NCBI GenBank assembly: GCA_002633005.1
Contig: NMRA01000031.1
Location: 272,888 to 336,887, forward strand
Length of the DNA stretch: 64,000 nt
From: Phoronis australis
Lineage: Eukaryota; Animalia; Phoronida
Direction: 5' to 3'
Under the pieces are notes generated by a model, which was not told the origin of the DNA, searched no databases, and was given only the letters and a program-made list of their open reading frames with translations. Below, piece by piece: positions 24,361 through 38,653 of the stretch. How positions within the stretch are numbered: the stretch's first letter is position 1; each line of letters starts with the position of its first letter. The translations under genes and the position numbers were made by a program.

Positions 24361-24634
24361 GAAACTTACCAGGATGCATGGAAATTTCACGGGAGGGGGG
24401 TTTCCCCCCGCTCGGCGCCACGCGCCTGGGATTCGACCGTTGCGGGAATCCTAACCCCCCCCCCACTTACTGAAAACGTAGATCCGTCGCTGAACTTAGT
24501 CCTTAAATTGGGGGCGTTGCAGTGAAAAGATTCGTAGTTATGTCCAATAATATTGATATATCGCGAACTGAATGTGGCGATTTTTCGAACTGTTTGCCTT
24601 CTGAATAAGAAATTCTCGAAAACGGAAGAGTTAT

Positions 24635-26025
24635 GATCATTCTACGTGTCCCGCCATTTAGTGCATATCAGGGTTCTATGTGTCCCGAGTTCTATGTGTC
24701 CCGGGTTCCATGTGTCCCAGGTTTTATGTGTCCCAGGTTCTGTGTGTTCCGTTTTATGCATATCAGGGTTCTGTGTGTCCCAGGTTCTATGTGTCCAGTT
24801 TTCTGTAGGCCCGTACATCGGACGGTGTTCTATGTGTCCCGGTGTGATGTCCCCCTGTAGAGAATGGCATAGCTGCACGTAGGCCTACATGTATTTGAAT
24901 GCCTGGTGCCACCGTACGGGCGCGTTGTTCAGTGGATTAGGCCTACATGGGTGTTTCATTCAATTACACGCAAGCCAGACAATTTCCCCAGAGGAACAAT
25001 GTTTATTAACACCGGGTTCTATATATATCCCTGGTCAGCGCTCAACCAGCCAAGAAAGTCACACAAGATCGCCGTATGCGAACTAGCCAAAATCTCACAA
25101 ACTAAAGGCGCGTTTTCAAGATCCAGCTCGTATTCGAAAATTCCAGGAGGCATCTTGCTTGATCTGACAACAACCACAATCCGACTGAGGATGCACAAAA
25201 ACAACACGTTAGTAATTTTATTACTTGCCGAATTTTTTGCCAATCCGAAATAGGCCTATGTTACTGTATCATGATTTTTTTGTACTTCGCAATCTACAAG
25301 TCGCATCTTAGTCCGACCTTTAATAAATTTACAAAAAGCATGTATCTTTATATCTAGAGTCTACCGTTTTTTTTCGTCGACATCGGATACACAAGTGCAC
25401 AGTTTCGCACACATAAATGTTTTGATCATTTCATTATTTTTCTTGGCCAGCATCAGTGTCTTTGACAATGTGATACTATCTGGATTTCAACGTTAATTTC
25501 CGATTTACTTAATGACAAAATCTCATGGGAACTATTTCGACTTTTATCAGGTTTGAAAGGGCACCTCAAATGGTCATTTGGATCAAGTATGGCGATTTGA
25601 TATGCACATACTGCCTACGGTTTGAATGTTATGTACGTTTTTGGCTAAACATAGCGTTCTTTGGGAAATTGTCACGCGATCCTAACCTTAAATGGCCTCC
25701 TAAGTGTTAATAATAAATTGGGCGCCCTGGTGACCATAAGGATCGACCCAAAGATCCTGAGATTCTGTCAAATGATTCCAGAGATATGCCTGCGTGTAAG
25801 TTATGCCATTACGCCAAATTTCGACCTAATTATGAATGCAAATCAGGGTTAATGAGGTCAATTTTTTTCCCCGAAAACAGGATAGAAAAAGCATCATGAA
25901 ATTTATTGTCGTGTGGACCTAAAATGGCAATTGTAGCTAAAACTTGCACACTCGTCCGCTTAGCGCCTGAGTGTATAACCCAAAACACCGGGACACATAG
26001 AACCCGGGACACAATGCTACGATCC
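24635..26025. mobile_element. Foldback-like element with asymmetric terminal arrays of a ~16-bp repeat
   Basis: About 10-11 copies of gggttctatgtgtccc at 24645-24845 and about 2 inverted copies (gggacacatagaaccc) at 25987-26012; internal cctaacctta motif. Confidence 0.65.
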
Positions 26026-26159
26026 CATGGAAATCAGGCAAATACCTCCCTTAGGTATATCATATCGCTTCTCTGGACTTCTACATCAGCCAATGTGCAG
26101 GCGAGGTCAAGGCCCCGCCGCTATTACGCGCAACGCTAAAGTCGTAGGTATCTAGACTT

Positions 26160-28320
26160 AAGGACCTTTACGGATTTAGTATGGTCGACTCACATTCTTT
26201 CTCGAACTCAAAAATTTTAGACCTAATGCGAAAGGTGATTTAGACCGGTCTAAATTTAGCACGGTACTAAAGTTAGTACGCTCGAAAAGAGTGAACCAAA
26301 GTTGGTCCGACTACGTAAGCGCAATGCGAAAGTTTTGGTCAAGACTATTTTGCGCGAGCGTCCTAAATTATCTCCCTACTCCACGTGAGTGCAGTTCTTC
26401 GGCCAGCGATAACCATTCAAAATGTTTCCATTCACGAACAGAATTAACCGAGCGTTGCGAGCAGGGTTATAGAATGTGATAAACAACTCTGCTTGTCAAA
26501 GTGTAAAATGCTTTTTGAAAAACTACAAAGTTTTAAGAATCAATGATTCTACAAATGAGTATAAAAAGCAACTGAAATCAGTGTTTGAATCATAAAAATC
26601 GGTTCACTATAGCTGAGTTTAAACACGTCAAAATTAAATAAACTTCGGTTGATAAGGAAAGCAGCGCTCAATAATCTTCACCTGATGAGAACACATAAGA
26701 TGCGGAATGGAGCTGTCTGGACTCACTGGATAATGAGTCGACACAGTTAGCGGGTACTCAATCATGACGAAGTGTGTTGTTTTCATTGACCTCGTTTTGG
26801 AATGTCAGGCACATTTTGACAGGTCATGTTCGGAACCGTCCAGGGGGAAATATGCTAGATTTCAACCGTTTAAAAGTACCGGTATTTTCAAGAGGATTCT
26901 GTGAGGTTCAACTCAACAAACTTGCTTTGTCCACTCGCTCTGCATTCTCTTCTTTTTGATTGACGAATTTAACATCACGCATTCATGGATCGTTATCAAG
27001 TTTATCCAACTTTCTCCCTCAGCACAGCAGTAATACTTCATTGGCTACGATTAGAGCAATGTAGTAATACAACAACAAAAGAATATATGCAGAACACCAG
27101 TGGCGTGAAAACGCCAGGCTACAAAAGCGATAAACGGATATTACGGTTAAATGCAACGAGAATTGAGTATCGCTCGGTAATCCGGGACGGCGGCCCTAAT
27201 GGGTACAAACGACAGGTTGACTCCGGCCACACGAAACGGAGGCATACATTACGTTGCCGTGATTACCCTCGCTTTCGTACATCACGTGAATATTAAGAGT
27301 GCACGTTCCGTAGACGCAGTTAGTAATGGTCACATAATGCCAAGTTCCGTAGGCGTGAGAATCTCGCGAGTAAAGCCAGTAGTTCAGTCACGCGGTTATT
27401 CGCGAGACATTTCATGCAACAGTAGTATTGCCAAACAAAATGTGGAAATCGACATTTCATGAGTGAGTCCGCTCAAAAAGTTTTCATGCCCCTTTAATTC
27501 AAATATTTTGGTAATGTCATACGTACCTCGAAACAAACGAAACCTTTATGTAGTCGTCGCTCTTTTTATATAACAATCATCATATTCAACTTTTACAATT
27601 GAAATTTGCCTTCTGACGTTCATGAATAAGGCAGATTGAGAAAATCGTTGCGACTCTGAGTTCTGCGCGGAAATGTCACCCTGGCCTCACAAATGACTCG
27701 GAACCATTCTCGCGGTCTGACCGAATGAATACCAATGAGCTGAGTGAGACTAATTGAACGGCTTCCCATCAAGCAAGATTCTGTACTTCGTTTACGTTCT
27801 CTTCTTTGATTCATTATGGTGTCTTCACTAAACCGCGGCACTTGGGGAATCATAACCGACTTACCTGAACCCACTCGCCAACGCACCCTTTTTGTAGTAC
27901 ACGCGACCCGAATAATTAGCAAATTTACTTCGAGCACTAACACTTGTACTAGGTATGTTGTCCTGGTAAGAGTTATCTCCACCTGTTATTACACACCGAC
28001 ACTTTCAGACGAAGAAAATGCGCCATCACCTCGGACCATTTATGATTTGATAAATGGTTGCGTTTCACTTCTATTGCGTCCTTCAGGCCTACTCGAAAAT
28101 ATGTAAAACGATTCTTTGTCGAACTATTTTCGAGCGGAGACTCACGGCATGTGGCTCGGCAGTTTTTGGCGAACAGAATCGTGGGTGACACGGTCTCGAC
28201 ACCTGGCGACCGTGGAAAAGCAAGAAATCGATAAATGGCAAGATTTAATGTGGACATTAATCGATAGGCAGGTTGTGAAAAACTTATCTTTGTTTAAAAG
28301 CCTAGTAATTTGAACACCTG
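26160..28320 (-). mobile_element. Highly degenerate PIF/Harbinger transposon remnant
   Basis: Minus-strand fragments resemble HARBI1-type transposase motifs in the expected order: KFANYSG...KGAL, IPQVP..SEDT, ARVTFP...NDFLN (cf. ARWPGS.HD..IF) and a YN..H..TR-like segment. Many frameshifts; ends not resolved. Confidence 0.45.
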
Positions 28321-29249
28321 GGCATCAGTAAACTGCAGTGTTTTATAAAGTGAACACCGCCGACTGATAGTAAACGCAGGCACATTCTGAGCAAAGCCTC
28401 GTTTACATAAGTGTGCAAATATATAATGCCCGTAAAAATAGTGCGTTTTAGAAGAAAAAATTATTTAGCACGTTTTTAAAATACAATCCAACAGGTCAGT
28501 AAAAAGTCAAAGCGCGGGTATAACTCACACCAGCTGGCTATGAGTCCCGAGTAAACGTTCGGAACCGCGGCACCCCGGCAAATTCAGGAAGGGTACAGTA
28601 CTTGATGCACATGAATGACGGCGTAGTGACAAAGTTTAGTTGTACATGTATGTAGTTGACGCTTTATTTTTTGGGGAAGCACATATTAGTCCTTACCAAG
28701 GGCGCCGGAGCGCAGGCAATTTTCATTTTTACACCCGACCAGTAAAATTGGCACTGTAATGTTTCGTCACCCGGAAATCAGGTTGACGGTAGAGCCCAGT
28801 AACGCTAGGGTATATACGCTAGGACCTCAAAACCGAGTCAAAATCACGTGTCCTCACTTAAAATACATGGCAATATCTCGATCGCGTAATATCTCGTGAA
28901 GTCTTTTCCGTTAATAGCGTTACTGAACTCTACCAGCGGGCTGTATGCCTCGAATTACACGTACAGTGACAATCGAATTTCCCTGTATTTACGCACGCAA
29001 GGCCGCAAAGGCGATATCCGTCGAGCAATTTCGTAGTAGCGTGGTGTTTTCGCGTCATTGGGGTTCCACAGTTCTTTTTTGTTGTGTTTTTTACAAGTTT
29101 TTTTTTTCTCGGTTGCATTGCCCCATTCGTTCTTCAATGCGGTAGTTGCAGTATTACCATAGAGTGCGTAAACACTCAACTGTTGTGTTGTAGGCCTACG
29201 TGGTCTGCCCATGAACTTCGACAGGAGAAAGTTGGAAAAACTTATACAT

Positions 29250-30420
29250 TTCCATTAAGCGACGTTAATTAAGTTCTTCAGCTTCCCGACATCATTAAGA
29301 CGAGGAAGCGCGGGCGGAGCAAGTCCATACGGTTCATTTTGAACAAACAGAACCCCCATTCATAATGATAAGTTTCGATTCCGAAATATTTCCCCAGTCA
29401 TACACCTGGACGGTTTCCGACATGACTAGTCAAAATCTGCCTGATATTCCCAAACACGGCCAGAGCAGCCTAACCTCCGGGACAAAAGAGAGTTCTATCG
29501 GTAATTCAGGATTCCCTAACCCGTCGCTAACAAGGCGAAAACAGAATCTCTCCCCTCTGCTTATCCAATCGCTACACAATCTGTTTCAAATAAAACTAGC
29601 AGGGTTAAACATCGCTTTTGCAACTCTACTCTGGTTTAGTAGACCGACTAAGCGATGCGAAATAAATTACACAGTATTCGACCAAGCTGCACTCAGAGAA
29701 AAACGGAAATTGTGCCATGTAGATGTTGTACATTTTTGTAACTAAATTAACCTCTTAGAACGCACTTGCGTAATAATTATTACGTATATGAAAACCCAAG
29801 TCTTTCAATGAAACGTAGTTCAAATCCTCATTTAAACTGCTGTGTTCTAAGAATATAGGGGCCTATTCCACATCAAATTGTTGCGTGTTGTGTATGTCCA
29901 TTACCAACTTTTCTTATGACCCAGTCACCGCAGCCATAGCAGAATAGTCGCCAGTTCTTGAAAAATGTCTGCCTCCAGATTTCAAGTTGATGCAATTTTT
30001 AACTCATCGGGAACGAGCCCCCAGTTCCTTAAAATTCATGGGAATATTTTCAACAGGAGACAATGAAACTGATAACATGTATGGCGGGTATCCTCACGTT
30101 TAGATGTAAGTCGCAAGTAAGATTACAGAAGGATATAGTTATATCACGCACAATACCGTGCTTGCCGATAATTCAAAAACATACAATTTTTGAAGTTGGC
30201 GCACGTCTAAACAAGATTTTAAATCTCAACCACCTCGTTACCAAAAAGTAGGCCTACTCTGCATCCTCAGCCGTCAAGAAATTTCTCACAATATCGTTAT
30301 GGTTGAACCCCTTTAAAATCCTTTTCAATGAGCAGTCTCGCTGTTCATAATGGGAAGCCCGGTGGAAACGTTGAACCAAAAGAGATGAAGGAGCATGATG
30401 TATTAGCACTTTGCTAAGCA
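29250..30420 (-). mobile_element. Degenerate CR1/L2-clade LINE reverse-transcriptase remnant
   Basis: Minus-strand fragments in RT order: AEDAE*AY...LFRRAP, GSFP/DELKIA (cf. G.FP..LK.A), GISG...NR.Q.V..GNISESKLI..GV..Q..V....FL..ND. Confidence 0.55.
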
Positions 30421-30829
30421 TGTATTGAACACATTGCACTGTCCTCGTTAAATACATTCAATGATAATAACAATTGCAGTAGCAGTAGCGGTAGCGGTAG
30501 TAGTAGTAATAATGTTATGAGTCAGATTCATGCCGTGACAGCTCGAAGGGTAATCCTATAGAATACGCCCGGCAAAAGGGTATTTTTCACAGAAAAAATA
30601 CTTTCCAAAATGATTTCTTTCCGACAAAATACAGCCTAAAAGGGTGACACAACTGTAAGAAAATTGGGAATTTTTACAAAATTACTCTCTAAATGGGTCA
30701 CTTTTTTGTCCGAGCCCACTCTCTAAATTGGTAGATATCCAAATTTTTGGTGGGCAACCCTGGTCCAAAAATACTGGAGACCCCCCAACCGTGTCAGATA
30801 CTTGTTGCGATTTTGACTGATTTTGTAAA

Positions 30830-30980
30830 ATGTAGGTAACAATGGTACATTTCTCAAATGCCCATTCGATGTAAAATGTAACAATTACGAAAAATGTACA
30901 ACTTAGGGGAGGCTTACCAACATAAAATGTAACAATTGTTACACATAACAATCGTTACATGTAACAATTGTTACATTTTG
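30830..30980. repeat. Cluster of short palindromic repeats (gtaacaattgttac)
   Basis: Repeated aaatgtaacaattgttaca motifs; probably the end of a DNA element. Confidence 0.55.
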
Positions 30981-31600
30981 CAGCGTATCAGGGCACTACT
31001 AACGGAGGGGTGCTACATGTAGCCTGAAGTCAATTGACAAAACAAAAGATGTGATCTTGAATGATAGTATCATTCATGTTCACTTGATGTTTGACCGCCG
31101 GATCAGGAGGTAACAGCGCCCAATCATACCGTCTCAGGCACGGTAAGCAAGGTGCATTTTGCAATTTCATGCAACTACGAACCCGTTAAAGTATCTCGCT
31201 ACTGTTTCACAAACTTGCGAATTTAATTCAAACTAGTTGTGAAAATACTTATCACTCGTGATTTACGGATAACGAACCTGCGCCTTTCGTCCAAAACAGC
31301 TTTTCATTTAGGCCACTTACCGACGTTTTTTTATAACACTTAGTCATTACTTAGAATAAGAAATGGTAATGCTTGAAAGGACTGTTCCTTCAGTGCGTGC
31401 TCATGAAGCTTGCTTGTCACGGGGGACTTGGTTTCAGCCTGGTACTGAAGAACTATGGCCGTCTGACGGAATTCCAGGTATCGTTTCATAGCACTGAACC
31501 AATTTCAATTTCAAGCAAAGGATCAGAAAATAATAACTTGTTCTAGAAGAGCAGGCATGGCATCAAGTATGTGAAAAGGTCATTTCGAAACCAGATCATA

Positions 31601-31808
31601 GGGGCCGTTCTGACTTCAGTTGATTTTTTACTTAGGTCTAAGATCTTTCTTAACTTCCAAACTTTGAAACTTCCACATCAGGTAACATAATCAAAATAAA
31701 GGCAAGTTAAGATTTCTTTCTTGAAATGGTCTTGAGACAAATTTAATTTTCATGTGAAAATTCACTAAAATTTAAGATTCATCTTAGCTAAGTCCTAGGA
31801 ACCGGCCC
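31601..31808. mobile_element. PIF/Harbinger-like MITE, copy 3
   Basis: ggggccgttc...gaaccggccc; internal aactttgaaacttccacat and gagacaaatttaa shared with 10572-10820. Confidence 0.68.
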
Positions 31809-34262
31809 ATGGTTTATAGCCACTTTATAACACATGAAATCCTTTGTTTTAAATTTATGGTTTTGCTCTTTAATCTACTGCAAATACGGCTTGACTGTAA
31901 CCCGCTTTCACATTGCTTTGCCTTAGCTGGCTCCAGCAAATGATAAATTCTGTTACAAATAAATCAAGTCTTCCATGAGAGAATTCCCCTCAGAGGGAGC
32001 TCTCCAGAAATTGGGTACAAGTGAGCATGATGAGGTCTAAAAGTGAGCCTATTTCAAATCCCAGGAATCAGAAAAAAGTCACATGAAAACTCTTGAGAAA
32101 TGGACTCAAAAAGTAGTTTCCAATACCTGACTCATTTCAATTTCTCACAGTGTACAAAAATTACCTGAAACAATACCAAAGTTGACAAAAATACTACACA
32201 AATTGGTGAAAAAACAGACCTATATCAATACCAAAAATGCCAAAAACCGGGGGGGGGGGNATCACAAACCATAGGCATTTTGAAACTGTGTGCAAGGTCA
32301 GTGAAAGCACTTTCCTTGTGAACCCTGCTCTTAGTCATACAAATGTGTTATTTGCACTGTGTAACTAAACACAGCTTATCAAAGGGTTTATGGTCATGGT
32401 TAAGAGGACTGTTTTAGTAACCCTTTTTAGATTAGTGAATAGTGGAGCCAGGAATGCTTCAGCAATGCATTTTCGTCATGATAGACTGTCCAGACAATCC
32501 AGCAGGCACCTACTGGAGATGGTCAATCAAAGCACTTCATTCATTCACAAAAAGAAGTCCTACAAACCCAGATATATTTGTCATGTTTATTAATTGTCCT
32601 AATGTCCAATGCATGAGCCTCTTCAAATAGTTGATAATAGCCTGTTTGTTGTAGTCCTGAAGACTATCACTGTCACTAGTAGTACACTTGAATATTCAGT
32701 AAGTTTGATCACACATGGCCATTTAGTGTTGGTTCTGATTGTGTGTAAGACTGTATATCATATGCGCTCACTTACCCTATTTGCCTATTGCCATGAACCG
32801 ACTCACCCACACTCCCAAGCCAAGACCACTATGGCAACAGCCAAGCGCCCAGGGCCATCCACCAGACTCCAGCTACATACCGGGAATAATACGCCTTAAC
32901 AAGGTCATGCATTTCTAAAGCCCCAGTATGCAGGATTTTTCACTGCTCGTCCTTCGGAGCGGCTTTTACCAGGATCACTAAGAGAGCGTGGGGCCAGAGT
33001 TAGATACAGTTGTGATGACCGCATTGTTCAGTGTGAGCTAGACCCAATTAAGGGTAATTAACCGACCATAAACTGCAGTAACCATCTCTGCCTGTACAAA
33101 ATGGCGAATTTTCAAAATGTAGTAACCAACAATTTTTGTTAGAAACAAACACCACGGTGGTATTCATCTGGAAAAAACAATTAAGGAAGATAAACAACCA
33201 TGCGTATTGATATACTCGGTGGACTTATAAACACTGATCAAAGTTATCAAAATCACATGGATGCTTCTTTTAATATTCTTTCAATCTCGTTTAACTAGAT
33301 TTTTGACTAAGAAACAGTTATATTTAACTTATGCCCACTCTTCATTTTTTATGACTGACAAAAAGCTAGAATAGTTATGAAGTCGATGCAACCAAAATTG
33401 TCCAGAGAATCCAAATCTTCAGTTTGGCTATCACCATATTTGCACTGTTGTATATACTTTGTAATTTGAGTTCTAATAAAGATTAAACTTGAACTACTGA
33501 TACATGAAGTTTTGTTCACTATGAAATGTTTAGTGTAGCTGTAATCTGGAAAGTTCACAATTGAGTTTACATTACCGGTAACTAAACTAATTAAGCGGGC
33601 TTCGCTGGCGATAAAAATCTACCACTGTTTTGGTACTTCAAGTTTAAAAATAAAATGAAAAGATATCAACCTGTTTCCAGTTAGAAAAAAACAAGTAGAC
33701 AGGAGTATTAAAAATGAAATAACGAAAACCTATAGATTTAAAATCATCATTCCTTTGGGATGTGGCCCTTGGTCAAGATAAACACATAGCAGGTGGTATG
33801 ACGTCATATCCCCTGGCGTACACAGTGTAAAAATGGAGAGTTACCGATTTTGGTAACTGAATGAGGGACTGCTCGAAGAAAAAATTTGATAACAGGGTAT
33901 TTCTTCGAGTTATATGGAATTAAATACCTCCTAAGGTGTCACATGAGATGCGCATCCAAATGGTATTTATAACAATGAATGTGACTTTGACATGTTTTAG
34001 TCAGTGTGAGGCAAAATTCGTTGAAAAGCTTCCAGCATATGAAGCTTCTGTAGGAGTTCCACCATCTCTACTAGGCCATCTAGAGAAGGTGATCATTATT
34101 TACAGCCAGACTACACAGTGGCAGGCTGTAACTCTGTGCAAATGCCAGAGGCCAGAGCACTAATTTGGGTGCAATAACAACCATCATTGTTGAGACAGTA
34201 GTGCTAGCTATTACCTTTCCACTTCATTAGATCAGATCTATGTCAATACAAAGGGCAAGCTT

Positions 34263-34416
34263 CAGAGGCGGATTTAGAAGGGGGCCATGCCCTCACCCCC
34301 TAAAATTCTGCCATGTGGCAGTTTCGGGGGTGCGAATATCTGACGCCTGATGGGGAAAATCCTGGCTAATACTCTGTCCTGCCACCCCCTAATTCAAAAT
34401 CCTGGATCAGCCCCTG
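34263..34416. mobile_element. hAT-type MITE upstream of TPGS1
   Basis: cagaggcggatttag...ggatcagcccctg flanked by agctt on both sides; reverse homologue of 20639-20792. Confidence 0.68.
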
Positions 34417-34995
34417 AGCTTAATAGACATCATAAAAGTTGTTTGGGGCTAAGGGAATTGAGCGCTGACCAGTGACAGTTAAGCCTGAAATTCTACGACT
34501 CCGGAGAGGTAGGCCTAGCCCTAGGAGTAGGAGTAGGACAGTATCGCGCGCAGTGTCTACTTGCTTTGCTTTACTTTAGCAAGTTTCACAAGTACAAACA
34601 GCAAGGATGTTGAGTTTGCTTGTCATCCACTGTATTTTCTACGTGCTACCAGAGTGGATAAGGAATAAATTTTAGCCAAGGAATGAAAAATCAGCTGATC
34701 ACAGCATGACTTAACCAACTTACTTTTGCAAAAATCGTCTGCACCTGTACGCCCTTGACCTTGAAGTTGTACTACAAAAGTTTTGCTGTTGTCACAAAAT
34801 ATCTTCAATGAAACTAAGTTGTGTCATACAGAAAATGTACCCAACAACTGGCAAGATCGATAGTAAGATAAAGGTAGAAAATTCATGGAATATGGTTGAA
34901 GCAGCTGCTTTTCTTACCGTGAGAATTTCACAAATATTTGTTATCGCACCACATCTGTAAACAAATGGTCGCTGGTTGGACAACTGAAGTTTGAG

Positions 34996-35068
34996 ATGAC
35001 AGACAAAAAGAAGCCAAGTTCAGCTCCAACGGATGATAGAGCTCCTGAATCTGATCGTCAGTTCTTAG
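34996..35068 (+). CDS. TPGS1: Tubulin polyglutamylase complex subunit 1, coding exon 1
   Basis: MTDKKKPSSAPTDDRAPESDRQFL+G|GTTTGT; joins exon 2 to give ESDRQFLERTGV (cf. vertebrate ESEEDFLRQVGV). Confidence 0.8.
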
Positions 35069-38000
35069 GTTTGTCCCCGGTGATTACAAAATGGGCGATA
35101 AATCCTGCACCCACTCGACACTTGTCGGATTATCACTATATACTGTTGACAAATCTGGAGACAGTCGCTGAGACTTGAACTTGCTTGAAGTTGAATCGGG
35201 GTTGCCCGCGTGAAAAACAAGTACCCAAACCGTTCTGCCAAGAGTAAATTAACGCTTGGCTAGAGGTTTAGAGAGGCTTTATATGGCTGTACATTATACC
35301 CGGAAGTCACGCACGTGTTGTATTACTGCAGGTTCACTAGCTTTAAGCCTCTACACATAGTGTACCTAGTTATCGGACGGAACCTAAATATCAGACATTT
35401 CAAAAAATCTTACTTGAAGCATAATCTGAGAATTAAATGACACCAATTGTTGTTCCGTTGTAATACATTCAATGTCCGGCACAGTCTCGTTTTTTACAGC
35501 GTTGCCTCGCTTTGATTTCACCGAGAGAGGGTGCAATTTAGACCCCCAAGTTGGCCTAAAATGGACGATCGCATAAATCGGTTATAAAAGTTGAAAATAA
35601 TATCTTTTTCCACAATGAAACTTTCTCATTGAACTGACAATATGTTACTGGTCCATTTTTTCATTTGTTTTTAAACTCAAGTCAAACCCCGACCGCGCAC
35701 GTGCGGGTGTCATATCAAGAAGTCAAAGTGATAATAAAAACTAGTGAGTTTGCACGTGCTTTAGTCGTCTGCACTAATTCATCGAAATGACTTGGCGCCG
35801 TCATCAGATTTCATTTTATGGATAATTTTGTTGCGAATGGACCTGTGTTCTAGCAGCATATATGTCAAAACACTCGAGCTGAAATTTAGCTACAAGGTGT
35901 CCGCGGCCATTACGTGGTTAGTCAGTTTTCCGCGGTGTGGCGTATGGGTAAACATGGTGTCCGATATTTAGGTTCTCCGAAGGTTTGCTTGTTGTGTTTT
36001 TTAAAGTTCAGTCGGAACATAAATGTGGCTTTCGGTAAAGATATAGTAACACAACAATTCTATAAAGGTAATTCTTTATTTCAGCAAAGAATTTACAACA
36101 ATCCGTAGTATTTTCAATTAAATATAATGCAAAATGTGCCAAAACGTCCGATAATTCGGTCACTTGACTGTACTCAAGCTTCAATAAAACCCAATCAAGG
36201 TGTCCATGGTATACTCCATAGGTACACATAGTATCTAGACAATTACATCGCCCTGGATGCCGCAGGCATACAGGGGGTATATAGTACATCCCCACAAAAA
36301 GTTGCGAATTTCAAAATACAGGAAATAAAATCAAATGAAACATGCGTATATGCACATGGAGTTATAATTAACACATACCATAAGTCTGGAGAAGATTCAG
36401 TCAAGATAATGTGAACAAATCGATAAAAACTGTCACGGTTTGCTCGAGTTTCTCTTACCGGGTGCCATTTTGAGGCAGGTACGTGAAATCAGGCATGTTG
36501 ACGAATAAAAAGTCCAAGGGACACAAATCTTACAAATTTCACATGATACCTTCCCATGCTATTTTGCAAGTGTCATGCACCAGCGTCACGCGCTTCGCTC
36601 AGTCTCGCGCTAGCCTTTGCCTGACTCACTTGACTCAGTTGGAATACTTTGTGGTTATCGTGCGTGTGGTGAAAAGCTTAAAAGTCAATGGTGACTAAAG
36701 AAGTGGAGTTGGAACTCTTCGCCAAAGTCACCTTAATTCTCATAACTAAGCTTCATCAAAGATATGTGTAAAAGTAGAAAGGAACAAAGTAAGCACTTTT
36801 TTAAGTGATAGTTTTAAGTGTGGAATGTATTTTTGACAAGGTGATAACTCCTAATATTGGTGGCTGGATTTGGCCTACCGCCAGTTTAAAATACATGGGA
36901 CGAAATTCGTACAGAAAGCGATGGAAAGTATTGTAGCCCCTGATTGATGAAGATAAGCCATCATCTAAGACTGGACAGCTCGTGTTTGGTCGTAGAATGA
37001 TGTTGAATAACCAAGCAACGACAGCTGACCATCCCAACAACAGCAGAGTCAGCCCCTAATTGTTGTGTTATGATCGGTTGCTTAGTAAAACATCCGCTAT
37101 AGTTTTGTGGAATGAATGCTCTTCACTATATTTACAAGAGTAAAAGCTAAATTATGTCAGATGGCTGGTTACAATCCGGAGAGTGTCTTAATGTGGCTAG
37201 ACCACGTGACTAGTGGGCGTATCTAATACGTGACTAAGCAGTGATGAGAGCTATATGCTAATATCATCACATTAATCACAATTATTTTCTTCAACACTTT
37301 TATTTAGTTTCATGTTGATGTCTCCTGAGTAACGGCGACACTTTTATAATGCCATTGACCACGTATACTGTGTTGGTGTTACTTTGTTAGTATTGAGTGT
37401 GCAGCACTGATACGGCACCCATCAGGCTAATCAACTGAGTAAATTTTTAAATACGGAAGTGGATCTAGTCAGGAACTTGACTGTGTTTTCGGCTTGAATG
37501 AAGCCAACTGCATGCTGGAGGCTGGAACAAGGCTAACCCCCCACCATCACATAGCCAATACATCTCCCCAGATGTTGTTTCCTAAATAAAAACATTTTAT
37601 ATTTTTTTAGGAAAGGCAATTTCTTGGTTGATTGGAACATATTCTTAAAAGTCACGCTGGATTTTTTTTCTCAGTGAGCACATTTTGTGGAAGTAACATT
37701 CAGGAGTTAAGCAAATGAGGCGCTGTGATTGGCTACATGCAGAATGGTGTCACTTGTCATGTTTTATAAGCTTATCAGTGGCGGCCAAAAATGTAATGGC
37801 GATAAAAAGTGGGATTGGAATAATAAGTGTGAAATCTGTCCTAATTAGCATAAGCATGCTCAGTAACTGACGCTGGAAAAGTAAACATTCACTCATTTAT
37901 TTAGTTTAATTATTCAATATGAACCCGTGTCACTTCTTAGAAGGAAATTATTTGAACCATTTACTTCCATAAAATTGATCTCAACTTGTTCCTCACTCTG

Positions 38001-38562
38001 ATGTGATCTTTTGTCTCGCAAAGGTCTGATAGTTTGTTACCTTACGGATAAATGAAATGCCATTTTCTCGTTTTTTCATAAAAGAGATGTAGCATCAAGC
38101 TAACGCTTAAAAGAACCTAAAAATTCTGTAATGTAGTTAACATCAGAAATTGTAGGCATTCTCAAGGAAAAAAGGTTAAATTTGGCTGTTATTTTTTGTG
38201 AAATTTTACTGTACTCCTTGAGACGGTGATCGTTGCATAGAATGACATGCTGTGACAAGCCTGTAAGAATTAAAATCGTCTCTAAATTGATTAAGAAACA
38301 AGAGAACAATATCGAAAGTAAATGAACTTAATCTAAATTTTTTTGTGCTACCAGGAGAGTTAGTAGAAGATGCCGAAGCAATTATGATCCTCGTCCATTT
38401 AACATAAAGCAGCAGTGAAAGGATATCACAAATACAATATTACAATTCTACCACCATTCACTACTGAAAAAAGTCCAATTGCCCCCTTTTTCTCTCAATC
38501 ATCCATTTATTCACTGTTGCTCGTACTTGTGATGGTCGTGTTTACCTGATGTTTTTTTTCAG

Positions 38563-38653
38563 AGAGGACTGGTGTTAATGATGAGGTCAAGTTGGTGATT
38601 TCATCATTGCTTGAAAACAGACCTGTTGATCCAATATCATTTTTAGCAGAGTA
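38563..38653 (+). CDS. TPGS1: TPGS1 exon 2
   Basis: ttttttttcAG...GTAAGT; reads (E)RTGVNDEVKLVISSLLENRPVDPISFLAE(Y), the RIIa/DPY30-like 'LLE.RP.DPI.FLA.YF' motif of TPGS1. Confidence 0.9.

Larger units (their letters stand above)
20615..24492 (+). mobile_element. Decayed hAT DNA transposon (THAP12/P52rIPK-ZMYM1-like transposase) with nested insertions
   Basis: TIRs cagcggcggatctacg / cgtagatccgtcgctg (15/16); near-duplicated flank gacttag/aacttag; transposase fragments on the plus strand. Confidence 0.8.

Noticed and set aside
24633-24882. Cys/Pro-rich metallothionein-like ORFs
   Set aside because: These are translations of the 16-bp tandem repeat in several frames.
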